This document shows positions 19,241 through 28,379 of a stretch of DNA of 64,000 bases, piece after piece. The stretch's first letter is position 1; the number at the start of each line of letters is the position of its first letter. The position numbers and the translations under genes were made by a program. This DNA is from an uncultured Candidatus Saccharibacteria bacterium (lineage in GTDB: Bacteria; Patescibacteriota; Minisyncoccia; Minisyncoccales; UBA5738). The notes under the pieces are model-generated. The model ran no database searches, was not told the DNA's origin, and saw nothing but the letters and a program-made list of their open reading frames with translations. The stretch lies in NCBI GenBank assembly GCA_964470995.1, contig CAYYEP010000003.1:16682-80681 (forward strand), in the 5' to 3' direction.

Positions 19241-20002
19241 ATGGAAAGCGATAACGAATTGATCAGCCAAATAAGAAAACTAAGGGAAATTAAGCCTGAT
19301 TCGGCCTGGTCCGCTTCGGTTCGCACCCAAATAGTAGGACAGGATATGGTGGGACAAAAAAAGTCTATTCTCTCCGTATTCGGTGCCGCGCTTTCCCAAT
19401 ATCGGATATCTTTTGCCTCGCTGGCGGTTTTTCTGATGGCGGGGGGCACGGTTGCGATAGCGCAAAACTCCCTTCCGGGTGACTCTCTCTATGCTGTAAA
19501 GCGTGCCACGGAAAGGGGATTGGCGCTCATCGAGGGTAAGGGTAACGTAGCTTCCGCCAATCTGGATCTGGCGGCCAAGCGTCTGGCCGAAATTGACCTG
19601 ATATCGCAAAAAAACTTGGGCCAAAAAATACCGGCCGCGCTGGAAGAATACAAGAATGCAAAATCGGCGGCCAAAAAGGAAGTTGCCGCCCAGATCGCCC
19701 AAAACCCCGAAAATGCCGCCCAAATAGTTAAAAACGCGGTGGTGGCAATGAAAGATATCAACGATAAGGAAAGGCAGATCTACGGAGCGTTGGGAGTGGA
19801 GCAGAATGCTACTTCCACCGGTGACGTTTCCGATTCTGCGTCCGACAAAGCGATAATTGGTTCGCTTATCGACAGCCTGCGAAATAATACCGGCTTATCC
19901 GAAGATCAGCTTAAGGATTTGGAAAAAGTAATGGCCCAGTACAATAATGAAAATTACCGCCAAGCTCTTGATATTTATCTGAACAGTTCCATCAACAAAT
20001 AA
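19241..20002 (+). CDS. putative anti-sigma factor / membrane protein (single TM, extracytoplasmic coiled-coil domain)
   Basis: Immediately downstream of the ECF sigma gene. TM at ISFASLAVFLMAGGTVAIA. Ala/Lys-rich helical C-terminus. Confidence 0.4.
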   Translation: MESDNELISQIRKLREIKPDSAWSASVRTQIVGQDMVGQKKSILSVFGAALSQYRISFASLAVFLMAGGTVAIAQNSLPGDSLYAVKRATERGLALIEGKGNVASANLDLAAKRLAEIDLISQKNLGQKIPAALEEYKNAKSAAKKEVAAQIAQNPENAAQIVKNAVVAMKDINDKERQIYGALGVEQNATSTGDVSDSASDKAIIGSLIDSLRNNTGLSEDQLKDLEKVMAQYNNENYRQALDIYLNSSINK

Positions 20003-20026
20003 AATTTGAATTGCATATTTCTAAAA

Positions 20027-20083
20027 TGGCTCCTCGGTAGCCTGTCCCAAGCTTATTGAAGGATGCTCATCGAGGTGTCAGTA
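20027..20083. repeat. degenerate REP-like hairpin
   Basis: ggctCCTCGgtagcctgtcccaagcttattgaaggatgctcatCGAGGTGTCAGtat. The CCTCG/CGAGG arms and the GGTGTCAG right arm resemble the family. Confidence 0.3.
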
Positions 20084-20381
20084 TGGAAAAATTAATTGCA
20101 TTCCGATTAAAGTATCTTAAAGCTTTCCGGGATTAACGAACCCGGTCAACATCAAGACTTGCTGATAAAGGAGTTTCCCGAACGGTTGGGAATATCCTTC
20201 GTCAGCAAGTCTGGCGTGAACCGAAAGGTTCATAAGTAGTCGTGGTTCTTGCGGCATCAAAGCTTTGGCCGGAAGAATGGGATTGGAAACGGTCCCGTAA
20301 ATGGTCGGCGCGACAATTAACAAAAGGACTATAATTTTAGTCCAGGTAAAAATAGGTCTTATTAGACCAAATAATTAAACA

Positions 20382-22406
20382 ATGTCTAGCAAGAAATTGA
20401 TCGCGGGCATGATTGCCTTTGCGATGGCTGTAGCCGTTGCGCCCAGCGCCAACGCCGCTACTGCCGAAGAACTGGCCGCTCAAATTGCTGCCCTTCAGAG
20501 CCAATTGGCTTCCCTGCAGGGTCAGCTTGGAACGACCACGGGAACGACTACCACAACCACGACCACTACCACGACTGGCACGACTTCGGTCGCCGCTTGC
20601 GCGGGTGTGACCTTTACGAGAAATTTGACTCTCGGTTCCACTGGCACCGATGTCAAATGTTTGCAAGCCCTGTTGAACGGCGATGTCGCGACCGCGGTTG
20701 CGGCCACGGGCGTCGGTTCAGCCGGAAATGAGACCGAGTACTTTGGTGGATTGACCAAGACTGCGGTTATCAAGTTCCAGAACAAGTACGCCGCCGAGGT
20801 TTTGACCCCGGTTGGATTGACTGCCGGCACCGGCTTTGTTGGTGCTTCGACCCGCGCTAAATTGAACGCGATGTTGGCGGGTACAACTACCACCACGACT
20901 GGTGATACTACCACCACGACTGGTGATACTACCACCACCACGACTGGTGATGGTGATGAAGGTGAGTTTACCGTAACCTTGAACTCGACCCCGGCCAACG
21001 GCCAGGATGCCGAGGAAGGCGAAAAAGGTGTTGCCGTAATGGGTCTCAAGATCAAAGCCACTGGCTCTGATATCGAAATCCAGCGCGTAACCTTGGCTTT
21101 CGATGCCAAGCCTTACACCTATTTCGACACGGTGTATTTGTATGATGGATCGACTGTGGTTGCCGAGGCTGACTTGGATTCCGATTCGGTTTCCAAGGTT
21201 GATTCTGACGACTATCGCATCACGATCTCCGGTTTCGAGAATAAATTCACTGTGGCCGAGGGCGCGACCAAGACCATGACGGTCAAGGTTGATGTCAAGG
21301 ATGGCCTCAAGGAATCTTATCTTGACGATACCGTTGCGATCCTTCTGCCGACCGACTCTGCCATTCGCGGTATCGATGAGGCTGGTTTGAATCAGTACGC
21401 CGGTGGTGCCGAGATCACTCGCCGCATCGACATGGCCACTGCCGCGGCCGATGATGCGAACCTGACCGTTAGCGCCAACGATGATACTCCGCTCGACCGC
21501 AACGTGATCGCCGATAACGGCGAGATCGAAGATGCCACTTTGTTGGTCTTCGATGTTGAGGCCGAGGACGACGATATCACGATCACCGACATCAACGATG
21601 TTGTGATCACCAGCGACGCCGCTTCTTCGACGATCGACACGGTTTATTTGTACAACGACAGCAACGAATTGATCGCCGAGTCAAATGTTGACGACGATGG
21701 CGAAGCTAACTTCGAAGATCTCGACGAGACCATTGAGGACGGCGACACCGCTACCTTCACGATCAAATTCGACAAGGATGTTGAGAACGATGATGATTTC
21801 GAGACTGGTATGACCGTGTACGCCACGGTTGACGCCGCCGGTATCGTTGCCGAGAACTCCGACGAGGATGAACTTGATGCCGATCAGTTGAATGGTGATG
21901 CTGCGGGCAACCTGGCTTACCTCTACAACGTTGGTCCTCAATTCACCATTTCGTCCATCACGACTTCCGAGATCCAAGCCACCGATAATACTGCCGCTGG
22001 CATTTCCGCGACCTTCAAGGTTGTGGTTGAAGCGATTGGCGGTGATATCTACCTGGCCAAGAAATCCGATTCCGAGAATTCGTTTGATGTCGAATACTCC
22101 ATTGACGACGCTGCCGGTGTGAATGCGGGTAGCATTACATACACCAAGCCGTCCGGAGCCACCGAAGTTTCCGGCACTGGCGATGTTGCGACCTTCTACG
22201 AGATCGAAGAGGGTGAGAGCCTGACCTTTACGGTCAATGCCACTCAAACCGTTACAACCGATGGTTATTACGATTTGAGAATGGCGGGCATCTCCTGGAC
22301 TGATGCTCTCGACACTGATACTGCCGATATGGTTTCTTCCACCTATATGGATGGCCAGGACGAGTGGATCAGCGACGCCGAGTATCTTCAGGCTGCCGGA
22401 TCCTAG
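20382..22406 (+). CDS. secreted protein: signal peptide, Thr-rich linkers, peptidoglycan-binding-like domain, long Asp/Glu-rich C-terminal region
   Basis: Signal peptide MSSKKLIAGMIAFAMAVAVAPSANA. Poly-T tracts. PG_binding_1-like helix bundle (DVKCLQALLNG...GGLTKTAVIKFQNKYAAEVLTPVGLTAGTGFVGASTRAKLNAML), shared with the C-terminus of 28380-30167. Very acidic repetitive C-terminal half. Confidence 0.6.
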   Translation: MSSKKLIAGMIAFAMAVAVAPSANAATAEELAAQIAALQSQLASLQGQLGTTTGTTTTTTTTTTTGTTSVAACAGVTFTRNLTLGSTGTDVKCLQALLNGDVATAVAATGVGSAGNETEYFGGLTKTAVIKFQNKYAAEVLTPVGLTAGTGFVGASTRAKLNAMLAGTTTTTTGDTTTTTGDTTTTTTGDGDEGEFTVTLNSTPANGQDAEEGEKGVAVMGLKIKATGSDIEIQRVTLAFDAKPYTYFDTVYLYDGSTVVAEADLDSDSVSKVDSDDYRITISGFENKFTVAEGATKTMTVKVDVKDGLKESYLDDTVAILLPTDSAIRGIDEAGLNQYAGGAEITRRIDMATAAADDANLTVSANDDTPLDRNVIADNGEIEDATLLVFDVEAEDDDITITDINDVVITSDAASSTIDTVYLYNDSNELIAESNVDDDGEANFEDLDETIEDGDTATFTIKFDKDVENDDDFETGMTVYATVDAAGIVAENSDEDELDADQLNGDAAGNLAYLYNVGPQFTISSITTSEIQATDNTAAGISATFKVVVEAIGGDIYLAKKSDSENSFDVEYSIDDAAGVNAGSITYTKPSGATEVSGTGDVATFYEIEEGESLTFTVNATQTVTTDGYYDLRMAGISWTDALDTDTADMVSSTYMDGQDEWISDAEYLQAAGS

Positions 22407-22537
22407 TTCTCTCTAAATCGCCTTTCTTGTGGACTGGCGTTACTGGTGGGTTTAACCCTCCGGTATGGCAAAAACCCGCTTAACCGCGGGTTTTTGTTTT
22501 CTTTGTGCGACTGATCCTTCCAACATCGCAAAAAAAG

Positions 22538-22587
22538 TTTGTGCAAGGTCGCACCTTGCACAAATTGTGCAAGGTGCGACCTTGCAA
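22538..22587. repeat. REP doublet (perfect 50-nt palindrome) at the 5' flank of the RAYT gene
   Basis: TTTGTGCAAGGTCGCACCTTGCACAAATTGTGCAAGGTGCGACCTTGCAA. The two arms are exact reverse complements. Confidence 0.85.
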
Positions 22588-22628
22588 TACTTGCCAAAAC
22601 TATTGTCTTTGCTTATTATTGCGATAAT

Positions 22629-23423
22629 ATGCCAAACCTTACTCGTAATTTTGCTATCGGCGATATTTATCATATCTTTAATCGTGGAGTAGAGAAGCGC
22701 GCCGTTTTTATGGATAACTCCGATTACTACCGCTTCGTTTTTTCGCTGTATGAATGTAACGACGAAACTGCGGTTCGGGTTGGCCAGCGTATAATTGAGC
22801 GCCGCCAAAGAAATACCAACAAAGCAAGTTCTGCAAGGTCGCACCTTGCAAGCTTGCAAGGTGCGACCTTGCAGAATTCAGAAGCGCACAAGAGAGAGCT
22901 GTTGGTTGAAGTCGTGGCTTTTACCCTGATGCCTAACCACTATCATCTAATTCTGCGCCAATTGGTTGACGGCGGCATTTCGCTATTTATGAAAAAATTA
23001 GGCAATGCCTATACCGGATATTTTAATGAGCGGCATGAACGTAAAGGGATGGGAGCTCTTTTTCAGGGACGTTTTAAGGCGATACGTATTGCCGATGACC
23101 GGCAATTTTTGCACCTGGCCGAGTATTTGTTTTCAAACCCTGTCGAAATCCTGGAACCGGACTGGAAGCTGGGCGGCGTCCGGGACCCCGCCGCCGCAAT
23201 TGATTTTTTAAATAATTATAAATGGTCAAGCTATTTGGATAGTATCGGTATGAAAAATTTTCCTTCCGTTACCGATCGGGATTTTTTGTGGAAAGTATTC
23301 GCTGGTTCCACGGACGAGCGGAAGGGGAGGTGTCGCGTCAAAGAATTCACCGAAGCCTGGATCAAGAATAAATCAACACTGTTTTCCGGCATTGCTATTG
23401 CTCAAAAAATATCTTTTGATTAG
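22629..23423 (+). CDS. REP-associated tyrosine transposase (RAYT; IS200/IS605-like Y1 HuH transposase, Transposase_17 family)
   Basis: YHIFNRGVEKRAVF N-terminal strand. HuH motif in LMPNHYHLIL. YTGYFNERHERKG and FQGRFKAIRIADD. Catalytic Tyr motif AEYLFSNPVE about 63 aa after HuH. The ORF-track start at 22539 lies inside the REP palindrome, so the Met at 22629 is preferred. Confidence 0.8.
   Translation: MPNLTRNFAIGDIYHIFNRGVEKRAVFMDNSDYYRFVFSLYECNDETAVRVGQRIIERRQRNTNKASSARSHLASLQGATLQNSEAHKRELLVEVVAFTLMPNHYHLILRQLVDGGISLFMKKLGNAYTGYFNERHERKGMGALFQGRFKAIRIADDRQFLHLAEYLFSNPVEILEPDWKLGGVRDPAAAIDFLNNYKWSSYLDSIGMKNFPSVTDRDFLWKVFAGSTDERKGRCRVKEFTEAWIKNKSTLFSGIAIAQKISFD
22831..22874. repeat. REP doublet inserted in-frame inside the RAYT coding sequence
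   Basis: CTGCAAGGTCGCACCTTGCAAGCTTGCAAGGTGCGACCTTGCAG is translated as SSARSHLASLQGATLQNS without breaking the ORF. Confidence 0.8.
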
Positions 23424-23427
23424 TTGA

Positions 23428-23450
23428 ATTGTGCAGGGGTAGGCTTGCAG
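23428..23450. repeat. degenerate REP half-copy at the 3' flank of the RAYT gene
   Basis: ATTGTGCAGGGGTAGGCTTGCAG compared with ATTGTGCAAGGTGCGACCTTGCA. Confidence 0.45.
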
Positions 23451-23529
23451 ATTAACAGAACATTAAAAACAAATCTTGACTCAAAATCGGCATCATGATA
23501 ATTTACCGTATTTTAACAGATACGATCGT

Positions 23530-23721
23530 ATGCCAAAAAAATTTTTGCTGATCGAAATACTGGCCATTGTACTGGTCCTGGCAGTAAATTGGCTTATAAG
23601 CCGTCCCGCTGGCCCGGCTATAACGCAGGCAATGCCCGCGGCAAAAACCAACGCTGGAATGCAAGGGAACGCCAATAACACCGTAACCCTTGAACGGCCG
23701 CCATTTTTAAACGAACAATAA
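23530..23721 (+). CDS. small membrane-anchored hypothetical protein
   Basis: MPKKFLLIEILAIVLVLAVNWLI single TM. Weak call. Confidence 0.25.
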   Translation: MPKKFLLIEILAIVLVLAVNWLISRPAGPAITQAMPAAKTNAGMQGNANNTVTLERPPFLNEQ

Positions 23722-23770
23722 CAAACAAAAAAATTAATAAACCCGGGGAGGAGGGTTTAAATTCTAGATT

Positions 23771-24574
23771 ATGAACAAGAAGATTAAATTGGTTTGCTTT
23801 TTAACCTCGTTGGTTCTTTCTTTTAACGCTCTTCCCCTGGTGGTTCGCGCCGATGAGAATGCAACTTCTACTAATCCGTTTGTAGATATGGGTATGGCCG
23901 CCTACGTAAAGCTTGATTCCATCGATCAAACAATCTTCGATAATGCCACTGACCATTTTTTTGAATCTGCCGAACAATCTGGCACAACCTACATTATCGG
24001 CACCAAAACTTACTATGCCAACGATAATTACCTGGCCAGTAAAACAATCCTGCATTTTTATCTGGCAACCAGCGGTTGGCTGGTAGCTTATCTTGCCGCC
24101 GACCAACCAGCCTCGGCAATGGTTAACTGGAACGATAGCGCTTCGTTGGAAGATAATCTACTTAAACTGGCCATTGATGAAGCGGTGGAGAGTATTGGCG
24201 CGTCCTACGTCGATTCTGAGATTAAATACTACAATTTCCAGTATCCTGACGCCACCAAAATGACCTTAGTGCGCGAAAATATCGCTCCTGGAGAGGAATT
24301 AACCGATGAATTTACAATTTCCGTCCCGGGTACCATTCAAGAAGCTTCTTATGCTATGGTTGCATTCGAGGGAGCTATCAATTCTTGGAGTCAGGCGGCC
24401 GTATTGACGCTGGACGATACCCCTGTTAGGCATATAAATATTGATAATTTTCTTTATGGGGCCTACGATTCATCAATATTTACTGCCGGCAAGGCCCATA
24501 AGATAACTTTAAAAAGCCGCGACGCCGAATGTTCGATTGCCGCAGCCACTCTTGTCTTGTATAGCCTCGACTAA
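23771..24574 (+). CDS. secreted hypothetical protein
   Basis: Signal peptide MNKKIKLVCFLTSLVLSFNALPLVVRA. No recognisable catalytic motif. Confidence 0.45.
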   Translation: MNKKIKLVCFLTSLVLSFNALPLVVRADENATSTNPFVDMGMAAYVKLDSIDQTIFDNATDHFFESAEQSGTTYIIGTKTYYANDNYLASKTILHFYLATSGWLVAYLAADQPASAMVNWNDSASLEDNLLKLAIDEAVESIGASYVDSEIKYYNFQYPDATKMTLVRENIAPGEELTDEFTISVPGTIQEASYAMVAFEGAINSWSQAAVLTLDDTPVRHINIDNFLYGAYDSSIFTAGKAHKITLKSRDAECSIAAATLVLYSLD

Positions 24575-24615
24575 GTTCGTCTTTGAACGGTTTTAAATTA
24601 ACTAATCGATCAAAT

Positions 24616-27600
24616 ATGAACTCAAGTCATAAAACTTGGCTATTCTTCCTGCTCGCGATTCTGGCGGTTTTGCCGGTCCTATCTTTAGGCGAAAGCGAAA
24701 TCGAAATCGACGGCGCTGATGATTTTTGGTCTGCCGGAGTTGAAACTATCCACAGTTCGGCAAACAACCCCTCCGGCGAAACCGGAGATGAGCCTCTCAT
24801 CTGCCACGCCGATGATGTTTGGACTGGAGTTATCGCCGCTCCCGATAATATGCTCCTCGACACCACCTTCGGCGGCGATTTTGACCTACCCGCCGACCTA
24901 CCCCTCATCTGCCACGCTGACGCGATATTGAATTTCGCTTCACTCCAACCTAACTTTAACGAAGAACCCGAAAACCCAATTGAAAAACCCGAGGAACCCA
25001 AAAACATATTTGTCTATGTAGCTTTGGGCGATTCTTATCAATCAGGCGAAGGCGCCGGAAATTCCATTCTAAATACTCAAGAATATTTAACAAGCGCGTA
25101 CGAATCGGGAACTTATACCGACACCTTGATATCAGGGGATAATAGTTGCCACCGGTCTTTGTTTAATTACGCAAAACTGAATCGCGACAAACTGAAACCC
25201 GGCGCCGAGGTAATATTGATCGACAAAACCTGCAGTGGCGCCAAAATAGAAATGGGAGATATGCCATCTATTATTGGCAATATGATCCCTGGACAGATTG
25301 CGCCCGATTCTCAAATATCTCAAGTATTAGGCGAATTAGTTGCGCAGGGTCTTTCTGTGGATGATGTTGACCTTGTTACGGTTGGAATGGGCGGTAACGA
25401 TGCTAAATTTGCGCAAATTGTACAAGCATGCGTAATACCAGGTTTAATTAAAGAAGCTCTTAATCGATATCCTGGCGCTCCAAATGGCATAGAAGAGGAT
25501 GTGGCGCTGTATTTGGGGGATGCCGGAAGCTGCGAACAAGTTGAAGAAAAAATGGGTATAGCCTCAGACCAATTTATAGATTCATTGGTTGAAAAAGAAA
25601 TTTGGGCTCAAAATATCATTTTGTCAACTTTTGCCAACGCTCAAATTATGCAGATCAACTATCCGGATATTCTGCCATTAAAAAATAAAGCGCCGGAATG
25701 GTGCGGAGGCATAAGAAAGAGTGATCTTGATTATGCAAACAAAAAAGTACTGACTATTAATCAAAAAATTTCCGAAGCGCTAAACGCGGTAGCAACGGTT
25801 AACCCGCGGCTTAGGCTTGTGAATATTGAAAGAGCGCTTGGTGATAATGCATTATGTCCGGCCGCGGAAAGTTCCACGTTGGCAAACGGTATAAAGCAAA
25901 AACTCTTTGACAAAGAAGTTGACCGTTTGCTCAATGTCAACGGAAACGGCAATGCCAAAACTAGGGAACTGGCCGACAAAATATTTGTTCGATACAACGA
26001 AATTAAATCGTGCATAAGAAAAAATTTCTTACCATTTCAATCCTGTAATGTTGGCGAATTTAAGAGTCAACTTGTATCGGCGGTTGAAGAATTTAGCAAC
26101 TATTTGCTCGAGCCAGATCAATTTAAGGTTATTATGGCTAGCTTAACAGAATCATCGGACAATGAATCGATAGAAAGCAAATATGATAGATCTCATGGCT
26201 TGTTCCATCCCAATGCAAGGGGATACGAGATAATGGCATGTAACGTTTTGGCCGCATATAATAGGGAATCAGCTAATTTATGTTTAAGCCAGCCGTCAAA
26301 GGCATTTACTTGTACGGCTAATGGGCAGGAAGTTAGTAATAAACCGATACATACCGAAGCAGGGAGTGATATATGGCTGTATCTTGACGGTTTTAAGCCA
26401 AACTCATTAGTTGAAATGACTATGCGTTCAAATACTATTAATTTGGGGACAGCGGTCGCTGATGCTAGTGGCGTGGTCGATGTAATTATTGAGATGCCGG
26501 AAGCGAGCCCGGGCGTACATAGGATTCAATTAAAAGGGGACACTGCGAGCGGAATCGGTATTATTCAGGAGATAAAAGTTAACTATCCCGGTAATCCCGG
26601 CGGCAATGATGAAAGCTACGGAATGTATTTAACCGGATTTGCGCCAAACGATGGTATGCATGAAATCGAGCAAGTAGACATCATTTATGGCGGTACGACA
26701 TTCGGTCCATTTATACCCGATGAAGACGGGGGGATTCTAATAGAAGTTCCATTGTTTAATCAAGTCGGTCAGACTTCGTTACAGGTTAAAAGTCAAACAA
26801 CAAATACGGTTATTGAAAAGATAATCCAGGTCGCGGATATTGAAGCACCCCAAATCGATATTGAGATACCGCTTCCTGCCGAAGAAAAAAAATATTTGAA
26901 TACAGATGGGTTGTTGCCAATAAAATACTTAATTACTGACAACAGTGGCGAAAATATTACCGGGCGAATATTTTTGGATGGCGAAGAGTATAATAACGAC
27001 TATATTAATTTGGGTCGGTTTATTGAATCCGGTTTGCACTCGCTAGTTATTGGAGCCGAAGATTCAAGCGGTAATCAGGCCATCAAAAAAATTATTTTTG
27101 ATGTTGAGCCAAAATCGCTGATGGCATTCTCCGTTAAAAATATGCAGTTAAGGGTTAAAAAATCACTCATAAAAAATAACGCCAAATCAGAAAATGAATC
27201 CGTAGATTTCATTCTGTCCGGTGAGTTTGAATTACCGGAAAAGGTCAAAAAAGAAAACTTAGATTTTGGTGCGTTTTTATCATTTTCGATGGCAGGCAGT
27301 ACTAGTACAGCAAAATTGGAATTCAACAAAAAAAACAATATTTGGATATACAAACAGGATAAAGAACAAAACCAAATATTAAAGATAAACAACGCTATTC
27401 TCTATTGGGATTCGGGGAAAAATTTTTGCACTAAAGATGAAAAATGCTTGAGCCAACTTAAAAACAAGAACTGGTTTTATATTCGAGGAGAATTAATGGC
27501 CGAATCGAAATATATTCCAAACGAAAATATTATAATATCCTTGAATTTGCCGTTAACGCCAAGCGGAGAAACTGGCAGTTTATATGGTGAAGACAAAAAA

Positions 27601-27702
27601 CAATTGAGTAAAAACGGCAATTTATTGAGATTTGATACCAGAGAACAAAACGATAAATGGATGAGCGAATGGTGGAGGGGATGGGAACGCTTTGTGTGGT
27701 AA
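24616..27702 (+). CDS. large secreted protein with SGNH/GDSL-hydrolase-like domain and C-terminal beta-rich (Ig-like) repeats
   Basis: Signal peptide. Duplicated PLICHAD segments. GDSx block (FVYVALGDSYQSGEGAG). GxND block (VGMGGNDAKF). 1029 aa counted from the Met at 24616. Confidence 0.5.
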   Translation: MNSSHKTWLFFLLAILAVLPVLSLGESEIEIDGADDFWSAGVETIHSSANNPSGETGDEPLICHADDVWTGVIAAPDNMLLDTTFGGDFDLPADLPLICHADAILNFASLQPNFNEEPENPIEKPEEPKNIFVYVALGDSYQSGEGAGNSILNTQEYLTSAYESGTYTDTLISGDNSCHRSLFNYAKLNRDKLKPGAEVILIDKTCSGAKIEMGDMPSIIGNMIPGQIAPDSQISQVLGELVAQGLSVDDVDLVTVGMGGNDAKFAQIVQACVIPGLIKEALNRYPGAPNGIEEDVALYLGDAGSCEQVEEKMGIASDQFIDSLVEKEIWAQNIILSTFANAQIMQINYPDILPLKNKAPEWCGGIRKSDLDYANKKVLTINQKISEALNAVATVNPRLRLVNIERALGDNALCPAAESSTLANGIKQKLFDKEVDRLLNVNGNGNAKTRELADKIFVRYNEIKSCIRKNFLPFQSCNVGEFKSQLVSAVEEFSNYLLEPDQFKVIMASLTESSDNESIESKYDRSHGLFHPNARGYEIMACNVLAAYNRESANLCLSQPSKAFTCTANGQEVSNKPIHTEAGSDIWLYLDGFKPNSLVEMTMRSNTINLGTAVADASGVVDVIIEMPEASPGVHRIQLKGDTASGIGIIQEIKVNYPGNPGGNDESYGMYLTGFAPNDGMHEIEQVDIIYGGTTFGPFIPDEDGGILIEVPLFNQVGQTSLQVKSQTTNTVIEKIIQVADIEAPQIDIEIPLPAEEKKYLNTDGLLPIKYLITDNSGENITGRIFLDGEEYNNDYINLGRFIESGLHSLVIGAEDSSGNQAIKKIIFDVEPKSLMAFSVKNMQLRVKKSLIKNNAKSENESVDFILSGEFELPEKVKKENLDFGAFLSFSMAGSTSTAKLEFNKKNNIWIYKQDKEQNQILKINNAILYWDSGKNFCTKDEKCLSQLKNKNWFYIRGELMAESKYIPNENIIISLNLPLTPSGETGSLYGEDKKQLSKNGNLLRFDTREQNDKWMSEWWRGWERFVW

Positions 27703-27714
27703 AATAAAACAAAA

Positions 27715-28218
27715 ATGGGGAAAAAAATAATAGTAATACTTATTCTAATAGGGGTAACTTTCATGTTTGCAATTATAGATATTCTATCAAGCGAAGGTAT
27801 CGTTCCATTCCAAAAGGATAAAATTAATGTCAATAAAGACCTTGGGTTGGAAATAATACCGTGCAATAATGCAACAATAATAGAATTAGGGAATCCCTAT
27901 GTTGGTAAAGAGGTGTCAGAATTTACCACTAACGGTGGCACATTCTATGTTAAATCGCAAAAATTCGATCACGCAGGAATAATGACACCCGAACAATATA
28001 ATGAAACTATTTATATTGGTGAAATTAATAAATTACCAATTTGGGATCATCAAAAAGGAATTGTAGTTAACGCGGCTCAAAAAATTAATTTTAAAGAGGG
28101 AAATTATGGAGAAATAAGAACTTCATCGGGAAGATATTGGTTATGGTCGGGAGGAGGGGATGTTATTTTGGTGAGCTGTGATCCCAATGGCGTGAGCGAT
28201 CCCAAACCGGTCAAATAG
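27715..28218 (+). CDS. small membrane-anchored/secreted hypothetical protein
   Basis: N-terminal TM (IIVILILIGVTFMFAIIDIL). Confidence 0.4.
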   Translation: MGKKIIVILILIGVTFMFAIIDILSSEGIVPFQKDKINVNKDLGLEIIPCNNATIIELGNPYVGKEVSEFTTNGGTFYVKSQKFDHAGIMTPEQYNETIYIGEINKLPIWDHQKGIVVNAAQKINFKEGNYGEIRTSSGRYWLWSGGGDVILVSCDPNGVSDPKPVK

Positions 28219-28379
28219 TTAATCGTGTCCAAAAACCGAAAAATCTGGTTTTTTTGCCGCGAGCAATAAAGGCGCGGCGGTCAAGCCTTCGCATTTTACT
28301 TTCATATTCCAACGGGCAGGGAGGTCCGGTTTTGTATTTTGGCGGGATTTATACTATATATAAAGTATTGGCTTTAACT

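Noticed and set aside
22539-22628. N-terminal extension of the RAYT ORF (MCKVAPCTNCARCDLAILAK...). The ORF-track start at 46387 for the ligase-like gene is similar.
   Set aside because: These extensions are translations of the REP palindrome itself, which yields Cys/Ala-rich peptides in several frames. Internal Met starts at 22629 and 46516 give proteins with sensible N-termini.
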